From positions 27,213 to 91,212 of the forward strand of contig CAJJDI010000004.1 in assembly GCA_905182835.1 (NCBI GenBank): a stretch of DNA of 64,000 nt, read 5' to 3'. Source of the stretch: an uncultured Flavobacteriaceae bacterium (GTDB lineage: Bacteria; Bacteroidota; Bacteroidia; Flavobacteriales; Flavobacteriaceae). The notes under the pieces are model-generated. The model saw only the letters and a program-made list of their open reading frames with translations, was not told the origin of the DNA and made no database searches. Both the position numbers and the translations under genes were made by a program. Every line of letters begins with the position of its first letter. Position 1 is the first letter of the stretch. This document shows, one piece after another, positions 49,801 through 58,239 of this stretch.

Positions 49801-51304
49801 TTTCAGATAAAACTGCCAAAGGTGTGTCTGTACCCATTGAACCAATAGCTTCTTTAGCATTTTGAGCCATTGGGGTGATTATTTCTTGAATATCTTCAAT
49901 AGTATAATTATATAATCTTTGTCTAGTTTTTAAGGGTAATGTTTCCTTTAATCTTATTTCTTTTAAATATGTTACATCTTTTAAGTGTATCATTTGACTA
50001 GTGAGCCACTTTTTATAAGGGTATCTAGTTGTTATTTCTTTTTTTATTTCGTCATCTTTAATAATTCTCCCTTTATTCATATCAACTAAGAACATTTTAC
50101 CGGGCTCAAGTCTTCCGTGAGATAGAATGTTAGATGGTAAAACATCTACAACACCAATCTCTGAGGACATTATTAATCTACCATCTTTCGTAACTGTATA
50201 CCTTGATGGTCTTAGTCCATTTCTATCAAGTAATGCTCCAATATAGTCTCCATCAGTGAATGGAATTGACGCTGGTCCATCCCACGGCTCCATAATGCAA
50301 GAATTATATTTATAGAACGACTTTCTTTCTTCGTTCATACTTGTATATTTTTCCCATGCTTCCGGGACCATCATCATCATTGCTTCAGGTAAAGTTCTAT
50401 CTGTCAATGTTAATAGTTCAACAACCATATCCATAGATGCAGAATCTGATTTTCCATTTAATATAATTGGAAATACATCTTTCATGTAATCCCCAAAATC
50501 TTCATTTTCCATTATTTCTTCTCTTACTCTCATTCTACTGACATTTCCTCTAAGAGTGTTGATCTCTCCATTTTGACACATAAATCTAAATGGTTGAGCT
50601 AGTTCCCAAGAGGGTAGTGTATTTGTTGAGAATCTTTGATGTACAAGAGCAAGCCTGGTCACTAGTTCAGGTTGCTGGAGATCTGTAAAATATAAACCTA
50701 TAGTTTCTGGTTTGATTATTCCTTTATAGATAATGGTGGTTAATGAAAGACTATTTACGTAGAATGAGCTGCAATTAGATACTTTTGAATTATATATTTT
50801 ATGTTCAGCAATTTTACGAGAGATATATAATTTAATTTTAAACTTTTTTTCACTTATATTTTTAGGTTTCTCAATAAAAACCTGCTCGCTTATAGGTTCT
50901 GATTTTAATGCTATTTTACCTAAAAAAGAACTGATAACTGGGACTTTTCTCCATCCAATTATATTTAACCCTTGCTTTTCAATTTCTTTTGAAAAAATAT
51001 TTCTAAAATATGCTGTTTGATTTTTAGGAATAAATAGCATTCCAACAGCGTATTTTCTTTCTTCAGGGAGTTTAAAATCACAAACTTTTTTAAAATAGGT
51101 ATGTGGAATATCAATAAGAAGACCAGCTCCATCACCAGTGACTCCATCAGAACTTACGCCTCCTCTGTGTTTTAGCTTTATTAGTATTTCTAGTGCGTCA
51201 TGAATTATTTGATTTGTTTTTTTACCATTTAGATTGCAAATAAAACCAGCACCGCAATTTTCGTGTTCAAATTCTGGGTTATAGAGTCCTTGTTTTTTAA
51301 ACAT
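46802..51304 (-). CDS. gltB: Glutamate synthase large subunit
   Basis: 1500 aa. N-terminal Ntn amidotransferase (HENCGAGFI), an FMN domain (ISPPPHHDIYSIEDL) and a C-terminal GXGXG beta-helix. Confidence 0.97.
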   Translation of the reverse strand: MFKKQGLYNPEFEHENCGAGFICNLNGKKTNQIIHDALEILIKLKHRGGVSSDGVTGDGAGLLIDIPHTYFKKVCDFKLPEERKYAVGMLFIPKNQTAYFRNIFSKEIEKQGLNIIGWRKVPVISSFLGKIALKSEPISEQVFIEKPKNISEKKFKIKLYISRKIAEHKIYNSKVSNCSSFYVNSLSLTTIIYKGIIKPETIGLYFTDLQQPELVTRLALVHQRFSTNTLPSWELAQPFRFMCQNGEINTLRGNVSRMRVREEIMENEDFGDYMKDVFPIILNGKSDSASMDMVVELLTLTDRTLPEAMMMMVPEAWEKYTSMNEERKSFYKYNSCIMEPWDGPASIPFTDGDYIGALLDRNGLRPSRYTVTKDGRLIMSSEIGVVDVLPSNILSHGRLEPGKMFLVDMNKGRIIKDDEIKKEITTRYPYKKWLTSQMIHLKDVTYLKEIRLKETLPLKTRQRLYNYTIEDIQEIITPMAQNAKEAIGSMGTDTPLAVLSEKTQLLYNYFKQLFAQVTNPPLDGIREEIVTDISLALGNDKNIFKITPDQCRKLKIQNPVISNRDLHKIRHINIKGFKSKTIKILYSKSKGLNGIEDSLDSIVNEVEKSIDQGYNIIILSDKNANKSNAPIPALLACSFVHHSLNIKRKRSYFDIIIESAEPREPHHFATLFGYGASAINPYMVNEIIKSQVREGFIKGLTEIEAVINFNKAIGKGILKIMNKIGISTLHSYRSSQLFEIVGFSSEFVEKYFPYTTSRIEGIGLYEIEKEISKRYDHAFPKYEENNKLRLNIGGEYRWRRNGERHMFNPTTIAKIQQAVRLNDQESYNVYAKNINEQSERLMTIRGLFEFNDFNPISIDEVEPWTEIVKRFKTGAMSYGSISKEAHENLAIAMNRIGGKSNSGEGGEDKNRFELMKNGDNKSSAIKQVASGRFGVSSNYLTNAKEIQIKMAQGAKPGEGGQLPAEKVFPWIADVRNSTPFVGLISPPPHHDIYSIEDLAQLIYDLKNANREARINVKLVSEAGVGTIAAGVAKAKADVVLISGYDGGTGASPLTSLKHAGLPWELGIAEAQQALVINNLRSRIVIECDGQLKTGRDVAIAALLGAEEFGFATAPLVASGCIMMRKCHLNTCPVGIATQDIELRKNFKGKPEHVINFFYFVANELREIMALLGFRSMNEMIGQSQKINSSKVLSHYKAKGLDLSSILYQPFDPKKTILRNTDTQDHDLYNVLDIKIVKSAQKSIHFGKTTNLSYKINNTDRSVGAILSNEISKKYKDNGLPSNTINVNFKGYAGQSFGAFATSGITFVLEGCCNDYLGKGLSGAKLIIKKPQDADFKAEENIIAGNVCLFGAISGEVYINGIVGERFAVRNSGATAVVEGIGDHGCEYMTGGKIIILGKTGRNFAAGMSGGIAYVYDNNNNFINGLCNTESIEFENLTKKDISDLHLIISKHIEYTDSTLGSKIISNWDAEVKHFIKVMPTEYKKALKKMSLDKKTLNKLY

Positions 51305-51732
51305 TGTTTTTTTTTAAGTCTGTTGAGAGGGGCTAATATATACACAACGGCTACTATAAAAAAACATAGTATAATTATTGAGAATTGCATAAGTATAGCT
51401 ATTAAAAAAAATCATTTTAACATTTTAATTGCTTTATTTTATTAAATTCACAAGGTGTATTGTAATAATATTTAATTCAATTAAATTAATAAAAAATTGA
51501 ATAATTCATAATATAATACAATTTATGTTAAGTTATTTTTAATATAAACGGAAATCTGTTAAATTATTTTTTTATTAATATCTTAGTTTTTTGATCGTTT
51601 TTTTAATTATTTTTAATTTCAGTAATTATAAATTATCAAAGTCACAAAAATTTTATTTTACTCAATTTTCATGCTATTTTTTGTTTTATTTTATCCTAGT
51701 TTTAAATTATAATCAATAAAAAAACAATTATT

Positions 51733-52362
51733 ATGAAAAGTTTATTTACACTTTTATTTGCTGTCTCTATTTCTACATTATCCACTTTTGGACAAGAGAT
51801 TGGAGCCGATTTAGTTAGTCGTTATGTATGGAGAGGAACTCAGTTCGGAGACTCTGCTCACATTCAACCAGGAATTTCTTACACTACAGGAGATTTAGAA
51901 ATTGGGGCATGGGGTAGTTTTGCTCTTTCAGGTAATGATGGAGGATCTGAATTAGATCTTTATATTTCTTATGACCTTGGGTTTGCATCGTTAACACTGA
52001 CTAACTATACTTTTCCTGGTGACGCGAGTGCTTCCATTATTCCAGATGATTTCTTTGCTGTTGAAGGCTATGAATTAAGTACCGGTTTTGACCTAGGTCC
52101 TGTAGGACTTACTGTTGGGTATTTTACTGAAACAGAAGATTTATATATTGAAACAGGATTCTCATTAGGGAATCTTGATATAGCTATTGGTGGTGGAAAT
52201 GAGGTTTATACTTTAGATGGAGATTTTGCAGTATGTAATGTTTCCCTTGGTACTTCAAAAGAAATTAAAATCACTGAAGATTATTCTCTTCCAATATTTG
52301 GATCTTTTGTATATAATCCTGACACTACAGATGCTTTTTTAGTACTTGGAACTAGCTTTTAA
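51733..52362 (+). CDS. Small outer-membrane beta-barrel (TorF-like putative porin) upstream of amtB
   Basis: Signal peptide ...STLSTFG/QEIG. Alternating beta-strand pattern, aromatic girdles, C-terminal ...LGTSF. SRYVWRGTQ resembles the TorF-type porin motif, but that family call is from recollection. Confidence 0.6.
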   Translation: MKSLFTLLFAVSISTLSTFGQEIGADLVSRYVWRGTQFGDSAHIQPGISYTTGDLEIGAWGSFALSGNDGGSELDLYISYDLGFASLTLTNYTFPGDASASIIPDDFFAVEGYELSTGFDLGPVGLTVGYFTETEDLYIETGFSLGNLDIAIGGGNEVYTLDGDFAVCNVSLGTSKEIKITEDYSLPIFGSFVYNPDTTDAFLVLGTSF

Positions 52363-52386
52363 TATTAATCTTTAAATAATTAAATT

Positions 52387-53721
52387 ATGTATAATTTATT
52401 AAACTTATTTATATCTCTTTTTCAAGAAACAGCTGTAGCTGTAATTGAAGTCGCAGATATAGTAACATCTGAAGATGTTACAGCTGCTGTTGAAGCAGTT
52501 AAAACTGGTTTATATGGTGATATGGGAATGCTTTGGATGCTAATTTCTGGTATTTTGGTATTCTTCATGCAAGCAGGATTTACACTAGTTGAGTCTGGTA
52601 TGACTCAATCTAAAAATGCTGTAAATATTGCAATGAAAAACTTGTTAGATATTACTGTTGGATCTCTTACCTACTGGTTTGTAGGATACTCTTTAATGTA
52701 CGGAGACACTACCAATGGATGGTTCTTCTGGAGTGGTATTATGCAGGGCGAAGGTGCTGATTTGTTCTTCCAAACAATGTTCGCAGCTACTGCAGCTACA
52801 ATTGTTTCCGGAGCAATAGCAGGAAGAACTAAATACTCTACCTATGCAATTTTCACAGTTGTAATGACTGCTATTATCTATCCAATTGCAGGGGGATGGC
52901 AATGGCAAGGATCAGGTTGGTTAACTGAGCTAGGTTTTATTGACTTTGCTGGATCTTCAATCGTTCATGCTGTAGGTGGTTTTGCTGCGTTAGTTGCTGC
53001 TTATATGGTAGGTCCTAGAATTGGGAAATATGTAGACGGAAAAGTAATGCCTATACCTGGACACAACCAGATATTAGCAACCCTAGGGGTATTTATACTT
53101 TGGTTGGGATGGTTTGGTTTTAACGGTGGATCTCAACTTGCTTGGGGTGGAGACGATGCAGTTGCCGCATCTACGGTAGTTTTGATTACTAACCTTTCCG
53201 CTGCTGCTGGTGCTTTAGGTGCGCTTGTTACAACTTGGATCTGGTACGGGAAACCACATTTAGCACAAACATTAAATGGTGCTTTAGCTGGTCTAGTAAG
53301 TATCACTGCAGGTTGTGGAAACATGACGACTGGTGGCGCTGTATTAGCTGGTCTAATTGGTGGTGTTATCGTAGTATTCTCTATTGAATTTATCGAAAAG
53401 AAACTTAAAATTGATGATGCAATTGGTGCTGCTTCTGTGCACGGAATCGTTGGATTCTGGGGGACGATCGTAATCGGACTTTGGGGTGTTGACGGTGATA
53501 CTAAACTTGGAATATTCAATGGGGGTGGTTCAGATCAACTTATCAATCAACTTATTGGTGGACTGGCATATGCTGTATGGGCTATTGTACTTTCATTCGT
53601 AGTTTTTGGAATTCTAAAGTACACAATAGGATTGAGAGTAACTGAAGAAGAAGAAGTGGCTGGTTTGGATGTTTCTGAACATGGCTCTATTGCTTATGCA
53701 GGAAAAAGGACAAGAGAGTAA
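52387..53721 (+). CDS. amtB: Ammonium transporter (Amt family)
   Basis: FMQAGFTLVESG, DFAGSSIVH, GWFGFNGGS, SVHGIVGFWG. Confidence 0.95.
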   Translation: MYNLLNLFISLFQETAVAVIEVADIVTSEDVTAAVEAVKTGLYGDMGMLWMLISGILVFFMQAGFTLVESGMTQSKNAVNIAMKNLLDITVGSLTYWFVGYSLMYGDTTNGWFFWSGIMQGEGADLFFQTMFAATAATIVSGAIAGRTKYSTYAIFTVVMTAIIYPIAGGWQWQGSGWLTELGFIDFAGSSIVHAVGGFAALVAAYMVGPRIGKYVDGKVMPIPGHNQILATLGVFILWLGWFGFNGGSQLAWGGDDAVAASTVVLITNLSAAAGALGALVTTWIWYGKPHLAQTLNGALAGLVSITAGCGNMTTGGAVLAGLIGGVIVVFSIEFIEKKLKIDDAIGAASVHGIVGFWGTIVIGLWGVDGDTKLGIFNGGGSDQLINQLIGGLAYAVWAIVLSFVVFGILKYTIGLRVTEEEEVAGLDVSEHGSIAYAGKRTRE

Positions 53722-53775
53722 CATCTTTTTAGTTTAAAATTAAAACTTATTTAAAAGTAGTTTTGTTTGTTTGTC

Positions 53776-53815
53776 AGAAAAGGTTTTGAAATTTATTTCA
53801 GAACCTTTTCTTTTT
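53776..53815 (+). terminator. Rho-independent terminator after amtB
   Basis: A 16-bp stem (AGAAAAGGTTTTGAAA / TTTCAGAACCTTTTCT, one G-U pair) with a 4-nt loop, followed by a T-run. Checked base by base. Confidence 0.8.
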
Positions 53816-53848
53816 AAGCTGATAATTAGAAAAAGTGAATTCTTTAGT

Positions 53849-54685
53849 TTACTTAACAGCTCTAGCGAACCTTAATTTACCAAAAGCATCTTCTCTTAAC
53901 TCAATTTTATTATACCCAAAAGAAATTAAAAGTTCCTTAATATCGTTAAACAAATACTCATTTATTTCAAAATATATTTTTCCTTTTTCAATTAAATTAA
54001 AATTAGCAAATTCTAAAATAGCTCTATAAAAAACCAGCGGATCATTGTCTTCTACAAATAAAGCTAATTCAGGTTCAAAATTCAAAACATTATTTTGCAT
54101 TTTCTTTTTTTCTAAATTCCTAACATAAGGAGGGTTAGAAACAATTAAATCATATTTTATATCAGAATTGTACTCTAAAATATCTGCATTAATAAAGTTA
54201 ATATTAACCTTATTACTTAGTGCATTATACTCAGCTAAATCTAAAGCAGACTTACTTACATCTAAAGCAGATACAGAATAATCCTTGTTGTTTTTAGCTA
54301 ATGAAACAGAAATACAACCAGAACCTGTTCCTATATCTAAAATTGAGATTCTATTTTTTTCAGATTTAAGAATCCAATCAACAAGCTCTTCCGTTTCAGG
54401 TCTAGGAATTAATGCTGATGGGTTGCATTTAATATCAAGTCCATAAAATGAAGTTTTAGACAATATATATTGAATTGGCTCTTCATTTAATAGTCTAACA
54501 ATTACTTCGGAAAACCAATCAAGCTGGACTCTACTAATTAAATCATCTTTTGATAATAATAATTGTGAAGGACATAAATCTAAATACTCAAGACATAATA
54601 TTTTAAAAAGTGAGTTAATCTCTTCATTTGGATAAGTTATAGCTAACTTACTTACGAACTCTTTTTTTACAGTTTCTAATTTCAT
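53849..54685 (-). CDS. prmC: Peptide chain release factor N5-glutamine methyltransferase
   Basis: LIPRPETEELV, ILDIGTGSGCI, VSNPPYV. Confidence 0.92.
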   Translation of the reverse strand: MKLETVKKEFVSKLAITYPNEEINSLFKILCLEYLDLCPSQLLLSKDDLISRVQLDWFSEVIVRLLNEEPIQYILSKTSFYGLDIKCNPSALIPRPETEELVDWILKSEKNRISILDIGTGSGCISVSLAKNNKDYSVSALDVSKSALDLAEYNALSNKVNINFINADILEYNSDIKYDLIVSNPPYVRNLEKKKMQNNVLNFEPELALFVEDNDPLVFYRAILEFANFNLIEKGKIYFEINEYLFNDIKELLISFGYNKIELREDAFGKLRFARAVK

Positions 54686-55176
54686 TATAAATCCTTAATC
54701 ATGTGAATGTCACAAGAGTAGTGGCAAGTATTTCCTAGAGGAGTATTAATTCTTTTAAACCCAAATTTGCCGTATAATATAATAGCAGAATCTAATTTAG
54801 TTATTGTCTCCAAATAACATATTTTATATTTAGAATTTACTGCAAAATCTAAGCATTTTTCTAACATTCTTTTACCCAATCCTTTTCCTCTTATAGAATT
54901 TGAAAAATACATTTTCTGAAGCTCACAAGTATTGTCATTGCCGTTATTTAAAGGTTTTATACCTCCACCACCAAGAATATGTCCGTCAAAATCTATCACA
55001 AAATATCTTTCATTTTCATTTTGATAACTTTCATACATCATTTCTGTTTCACTATCAGCGTATGCAGTCCCCTCAAGAGGTAGTTCTAGCTCAATAAAAA
55101 CATCTCTTATTACTTTGCGAATTTGTAAATTATCTTCCGGTAGGATTTCTCTAATAATGTAACTGGAATCTTCCAA
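54685..55176 (-). CDS. GNAT family N-acetyltransferase
   Basis: 163 aa with the acetyl-CoA motif IRGKGLGKRMLE. Confidence 0.85.
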   Translation of the reverse strand: MEDSSYIIREILPEDNLQIRKVIRDVFIELELPLEGTAYADSETEMMYESYQNENERYFVIDFDGHILGGGGIKPLNNGNDNTCELQKMYFSNSIRGKGLGKRMLEKCLDFAVNSKYKICYLETITKLDSAIILYGKFGFKRINTPLGNTCHYSCDIHMIKDL

Positions 55177-55198
55177 ATTTTAATGCTATTTTTGTTAT

Positions 55199-56203
55199 GT
55201 GAATATACATGAAAAATATATTAATCGATGTATCCAAATAGCTAAAAATGCTATTCCTTCAGCGCACCCAAATCCATCGGTTGGATGTTGTATTGTTCAC
55301 GATAATATTATAATTGGTGAAGGATTCACAAGTAGCTATGGAGGTAGTCATGCAGAAGTTAACGCAATCAATTCAGTTAAAAATAAAGAGCTCTTAAAAT
55401 CAGCAAGTTTATATGTAACTCTAGAGCCTTGCTCTCATTTTGGAAAAACACCTCCATGTGCAGAACTTATTATAAAATTCAAAATCCCAAAAGTTTACAT
55501 TGGGATAAAAGATCCTAATCCAAAAGTAAGTGGTAATGGAATTAAAAGACTAGAAAAGTCTGGGGTAGATATTAAAGTTGGAATATTGTCAGAAAAATGT
55601 GAAGTGCATCATAAAATATTTTTAATAAATATCATAAAGAAACGTCCTTATATTGTTTTAAAATGGGCTCAATCAGCTGATGGATTTATAGCACCTAGAA
55701 ATAAAAGCATAAATAAGCCGATATGGATCTCAAACAAATATTCTAGACAAGTATCACATAAACTAAGAGCTGAGCTAGATTGTATTCTTGTTGGTAGTAA
55801 AACAATTAAAGATGATAACCCTAAATTAAACACTAGGGACTGGAATGGAAAATCACCTAAAGTGGCAATAATAAATAGAAAAGATAATTTAAATAGAGAT
55901 TTAGAAATTTTTAACACAAATTCAGAAGTAATTATTGTGGATGAAAAGTGTATAGATTTTAACAAAAATATTGCTTTACAAATATGTGAACATCTTAAAT
56001 TGAATGGGATTTCAAGCTTAATTGTTGAAGGTGGAGCTAAGACTCTAAATACATTTATTAAAGAGAATTTGTGGGATGAAATGAAAGTATTTAAATCTCC
56101 TAAAAATATTAAAAACGGAGTTAAAGCACCACTAATTGGAGACTACAAATCAACTGAAGTAGAAATAGCTGAAGATAAGTTGATCACTTATATTAATATA
56201 TAG
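55199..56203 (+). CDS. ribD: Bifunctional riboflavin biosynthesis protein RibD (deaminase/reductase)
   Basis: GTG start. HAEVNA and TLEPCSHFGKTPPC form the zinc deaminase motif. The C-terminal reductase domain has KWAQSADG and VEGG. Confidence 0.93.
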   Translation: MNIHEKYINRCIQIAKNAIPSAHPNPSVGCCIVHDNIIIGEGFTSSYGGSHAEVNAINSVKNKELLKSASLYVTLEPCSHFGKTPPCAELIIKFKIPKVYIGIKDPNPKVSGNGIKRLEKSGVDIKVGILSEKCEVHHKIFLINIIKKRPYIVLKWAQSADGFIAPRNKSINKPIWISNKYSRQVSHKLRAELDCILVGSKTIKDDNPKLNTRDWNGKSPKVAIINRKDNLNRDLEIFNTNSEVIIVDEKCIDFNKNIALQICEHLKLNGISSLIVEGGAKTLNTFIKENLWDEMKVFKSPKNIKNGVKAPLIGDYKSTEVEIAEDKLITYINI

Positions 56204-56208
56204 TTTAC

Positions 56209-56601
56209 TTAGAGCTTATCTAATATATATTTAGGACATCTAATTGGTTTATTATTTTCTTTATTTATAAATACTAAATGAGTTACTCCTTTTGTAAGTA
56301 ACTCACTCTTTTCATTATAGATATTGTAACCAAATTTGATTCTAACAGTTGGCTTCTCTAATAAAAATGTTTCAATAGTCAACTCATCATCATAGTAAGC
56401 AGATTTCAAATAGTTAGTTTCTAAGTAAATCACCGGCAACAAAACTCCTTGAGATTCCATTTCTTTATACGAAACACCTATTTGTGTAATCCAATCTAGT
56501 CTTCCAATTTCAAAAAACTGTGCATAATTACCGTGATAAACAAAGCCCATTTGGTCAGTTTCTCCGTATCTTATTCTAATTTTAGTGGTTGTTTTTTTCA
56601 T
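56209..56601 (-). CDS. Acyl-CoA thioesterase (YbgC/4HBT hotdog fold)
   Basis: IRIRYGETDQMGFVYHGNY. Confidence 0.88.
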   Translation of the reverse strand: MKKTTTKIRIRYGETDQMGFVYHGNYAQFFEIGRLDWITQIGVSYKEMESQGVLLPVIYLETNYLKSAYYDDELTIETFLLEKPTVRIKFGYNIYNEKSELLTKGVTHLVFINKENNKPIRCPKYILDKL

Positions 56602-56802
56602 TAAAAAAAATATAGGTTTATAAAAATAAAAGGTTAAATTTATTGTTCACGAAACATGCACAAAAAAAAGTTAATAATCAACTGTTTTTAATTTTTTTTT
56701 TTCATTTTTTGTTCACATATTTGTATTGCAGATTTATATAGCTTTATTAAGCACTGTTTTTTCAAAATATTAAACTAATTATACATAAAATATCAACAGT
56801 TA

Positions 56803-58230
56803 ATGAATATCACAGCTAAATCTGTTTGGACTAATTGCCTGAAATTTGTAAAAGACAATATCCAACCTCAAGCCTATAAAACATGGTTTGAACCAATTCA
56901 GGCTGTAAAATTAACTGACAAATCTCTTAGTATTCAAGTACCTAGCAAATTCTTTTACGAGTGGCTTGAAGAGCATTATGTAAAGTTATTAAAAGTTGCT
57001 CTAAGAAAAGAGCTGGGAGAAGATGCTAAATTAGTTTACATAATAAAAATGGAAAACACGTTTGGCAATACACAACCATTCACAGAAAAAATTCCAAGCT
57101 CAAACAACAACCCAACTAATTATCAAAACGTAACAACTTCCATTAACAAAAAAGTTCCTGAGCTTAGAAACCCTTTTATTATTCCAGGAATTCAAAATGT
57201 AAAAATAGAATCCCAATTGAATCCTAATTATACTTTTGAAAATTTCCTAGAAGGAGACTCAAACAGATTAGCTAGAAATGCGGGAATAGCTGTTTCAAAT
57301 AAACCTGGTGGCACTTCGTTTAACCCACTGTTAATATTTGGAGGAGTAGGTTTAGGTAAAACACATTTAGCTCATTCAATCGGTATTGATATTAAAGAAA
57401 AATACCCTGAAAGAACTGTTCTATATATCACGGCTGAAAAGTTTACTCAACAATATATTGAGGCTATTAAGAAAAATAATCGAAATGATTTTATTCACTT
57501 TTATCAAATAATTGATGTTCTAATTGTTGATGATGTACAGTTTTTGTCAGGAAAATCAGGGACTCAAGATGTCTTCTTTCACATATTTAATCATCTACAT
57601 CAAAACGGTAAACAAGTTATTTTAACCAGTGACAAAGCTCCTGTTGATATGCAGGATATTGAATTAAGATTATTATCTAGATTTAAGTGGGGACTTTCAG
57701 CAGAACTTCAAAATCCTGATTTCGAAACTAGGGTTTCTATATTAAACAATAAATTATATCGTGACGGTGTGACTATGAGTGAAGAGGTAATTGAGTATGT
57801 TGCAAAAAACATTAAAACTAATGTACGTGAGTTAGAAGGTGCAATCATATCACTTATCGCTCAAGCATCTTTTAACAGAAAAGAAATAACCATTTCATTA
57901 GCAAAAGAAATAGTTGAGAAGTTTGTAAAAAACACTAAAAGAGAAGTATCTATAGATTATATTCAAAAAACAGTTTCTGATTACTTCCAAATGGAAGTGA
58001 GCACTCTTCAGTCAAAAACAAGAAAAAGACATATTGTCCAAGCAAGACAGTTGGCAATGTTTTTTGCTAAAAAATTCACAAAAGCTTCTCTTGCAAGTAT
58101 TGGTTCTCAAATTGGAAAAAGAGACCATGCTACTGTATTACATGCTTGTAAAACGGTAGACAATTTATCTTCTACAGATAAGCAGTTTAGAAAATATGTG
58201 GAAGATTTAGGGAAAAAATTATCCATCTAA
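56803..58230 (+). CDS. dnaA: Chromosomal replication initiator protein DnaA
   Basis: 475 aa with NPLLIFGGVGLGKTHL, LIVDDVQF and the C-terminal DNA-binding region RQLAMFFAKKFT...IG...DHATVLHA. Confidence 0.97.
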   Translation: MNITAKSVWTNCLKFVKDNIQPQAYKTWFEPIQAVKLTDKSLSIQVPSKFFYEWLEEHYVKLLKVALRKELGEDAKLVYIIKMENTFGNTQPFTEKIPSSNNNPTNYQNVTTSINKKVPELRNPFIIPGIQNVKIESQLNPNYTFENFLEGDSNRLARNAGIAVSNKPGGTSFNPLLIFGGVGLGKTHLAHSIGIDIKEKYPERTVLYITAEKFTQQYIEAIKKNNRNDFIHFYQIIDVLIVDDVQFLSGKSGTQDVFFHIFNHLHQNGKQVILTSDKAPVDMQDIELRLLSRFKWGLSAELQNPDFETRVSILNNKLYRDGVTMSEEVIEYVAKNIKTNVRELEGAIISLIAQASFNRKEITISLAKEIVEKFVKNTKREVSIDYIQKTVSDYFQMEVSTLQSKTRKRHIVQARQLAMFFAKKFTKASLASIGSQIGKRDHATVLHACKTVDNLSSTDKQFRKYVEDLGKKLSI

Positions 58231-58239
58231 AAAAAAACG

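Noticed and set aside
51263-51445. 60-aa ORF spanning the gltB start and the upstream spacer. I also searched the 428-nt spacer for a glutamine riboswitch or small protein genes.
   Set aside because: The ORF overlaps the gltB N-terminus in antisense and is Phe/Leu/Ile-rich noise. I did not see the conserved blocks of the glnA-type riboswitch as I remember them.
53133-53519. 128-aa antisense ORF inside amtB. Similar antisense ORFs are at 52693-52908, 1103-1291, 3378-3608, 8190-8426, 8579-8812, 12356-12544, 12650-12937, 33382-33642, 46812-47063, 47367-47576, 48493-48693, 55669-55965 and 61478-61705.
   Set aside because: All lie fully inside well-supported genes on the opposite strand. Their compositions are biased (Pro/Ser/Thr-rich or Leu/Phe/Ile-rich) in the way expected from antisense reading. 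None has a family signature.
58228-58230. Possibility that the dnaA TAA is read through to make a DnaA-methyltransferase fusion, since the two are in the same frame.
   Set aside because: TAA followed by A is a strong stop context. The DnaA C-terminus is complete, and no such fusion is known. Reinitiation at a near-cognate codon is the simpler explanation.
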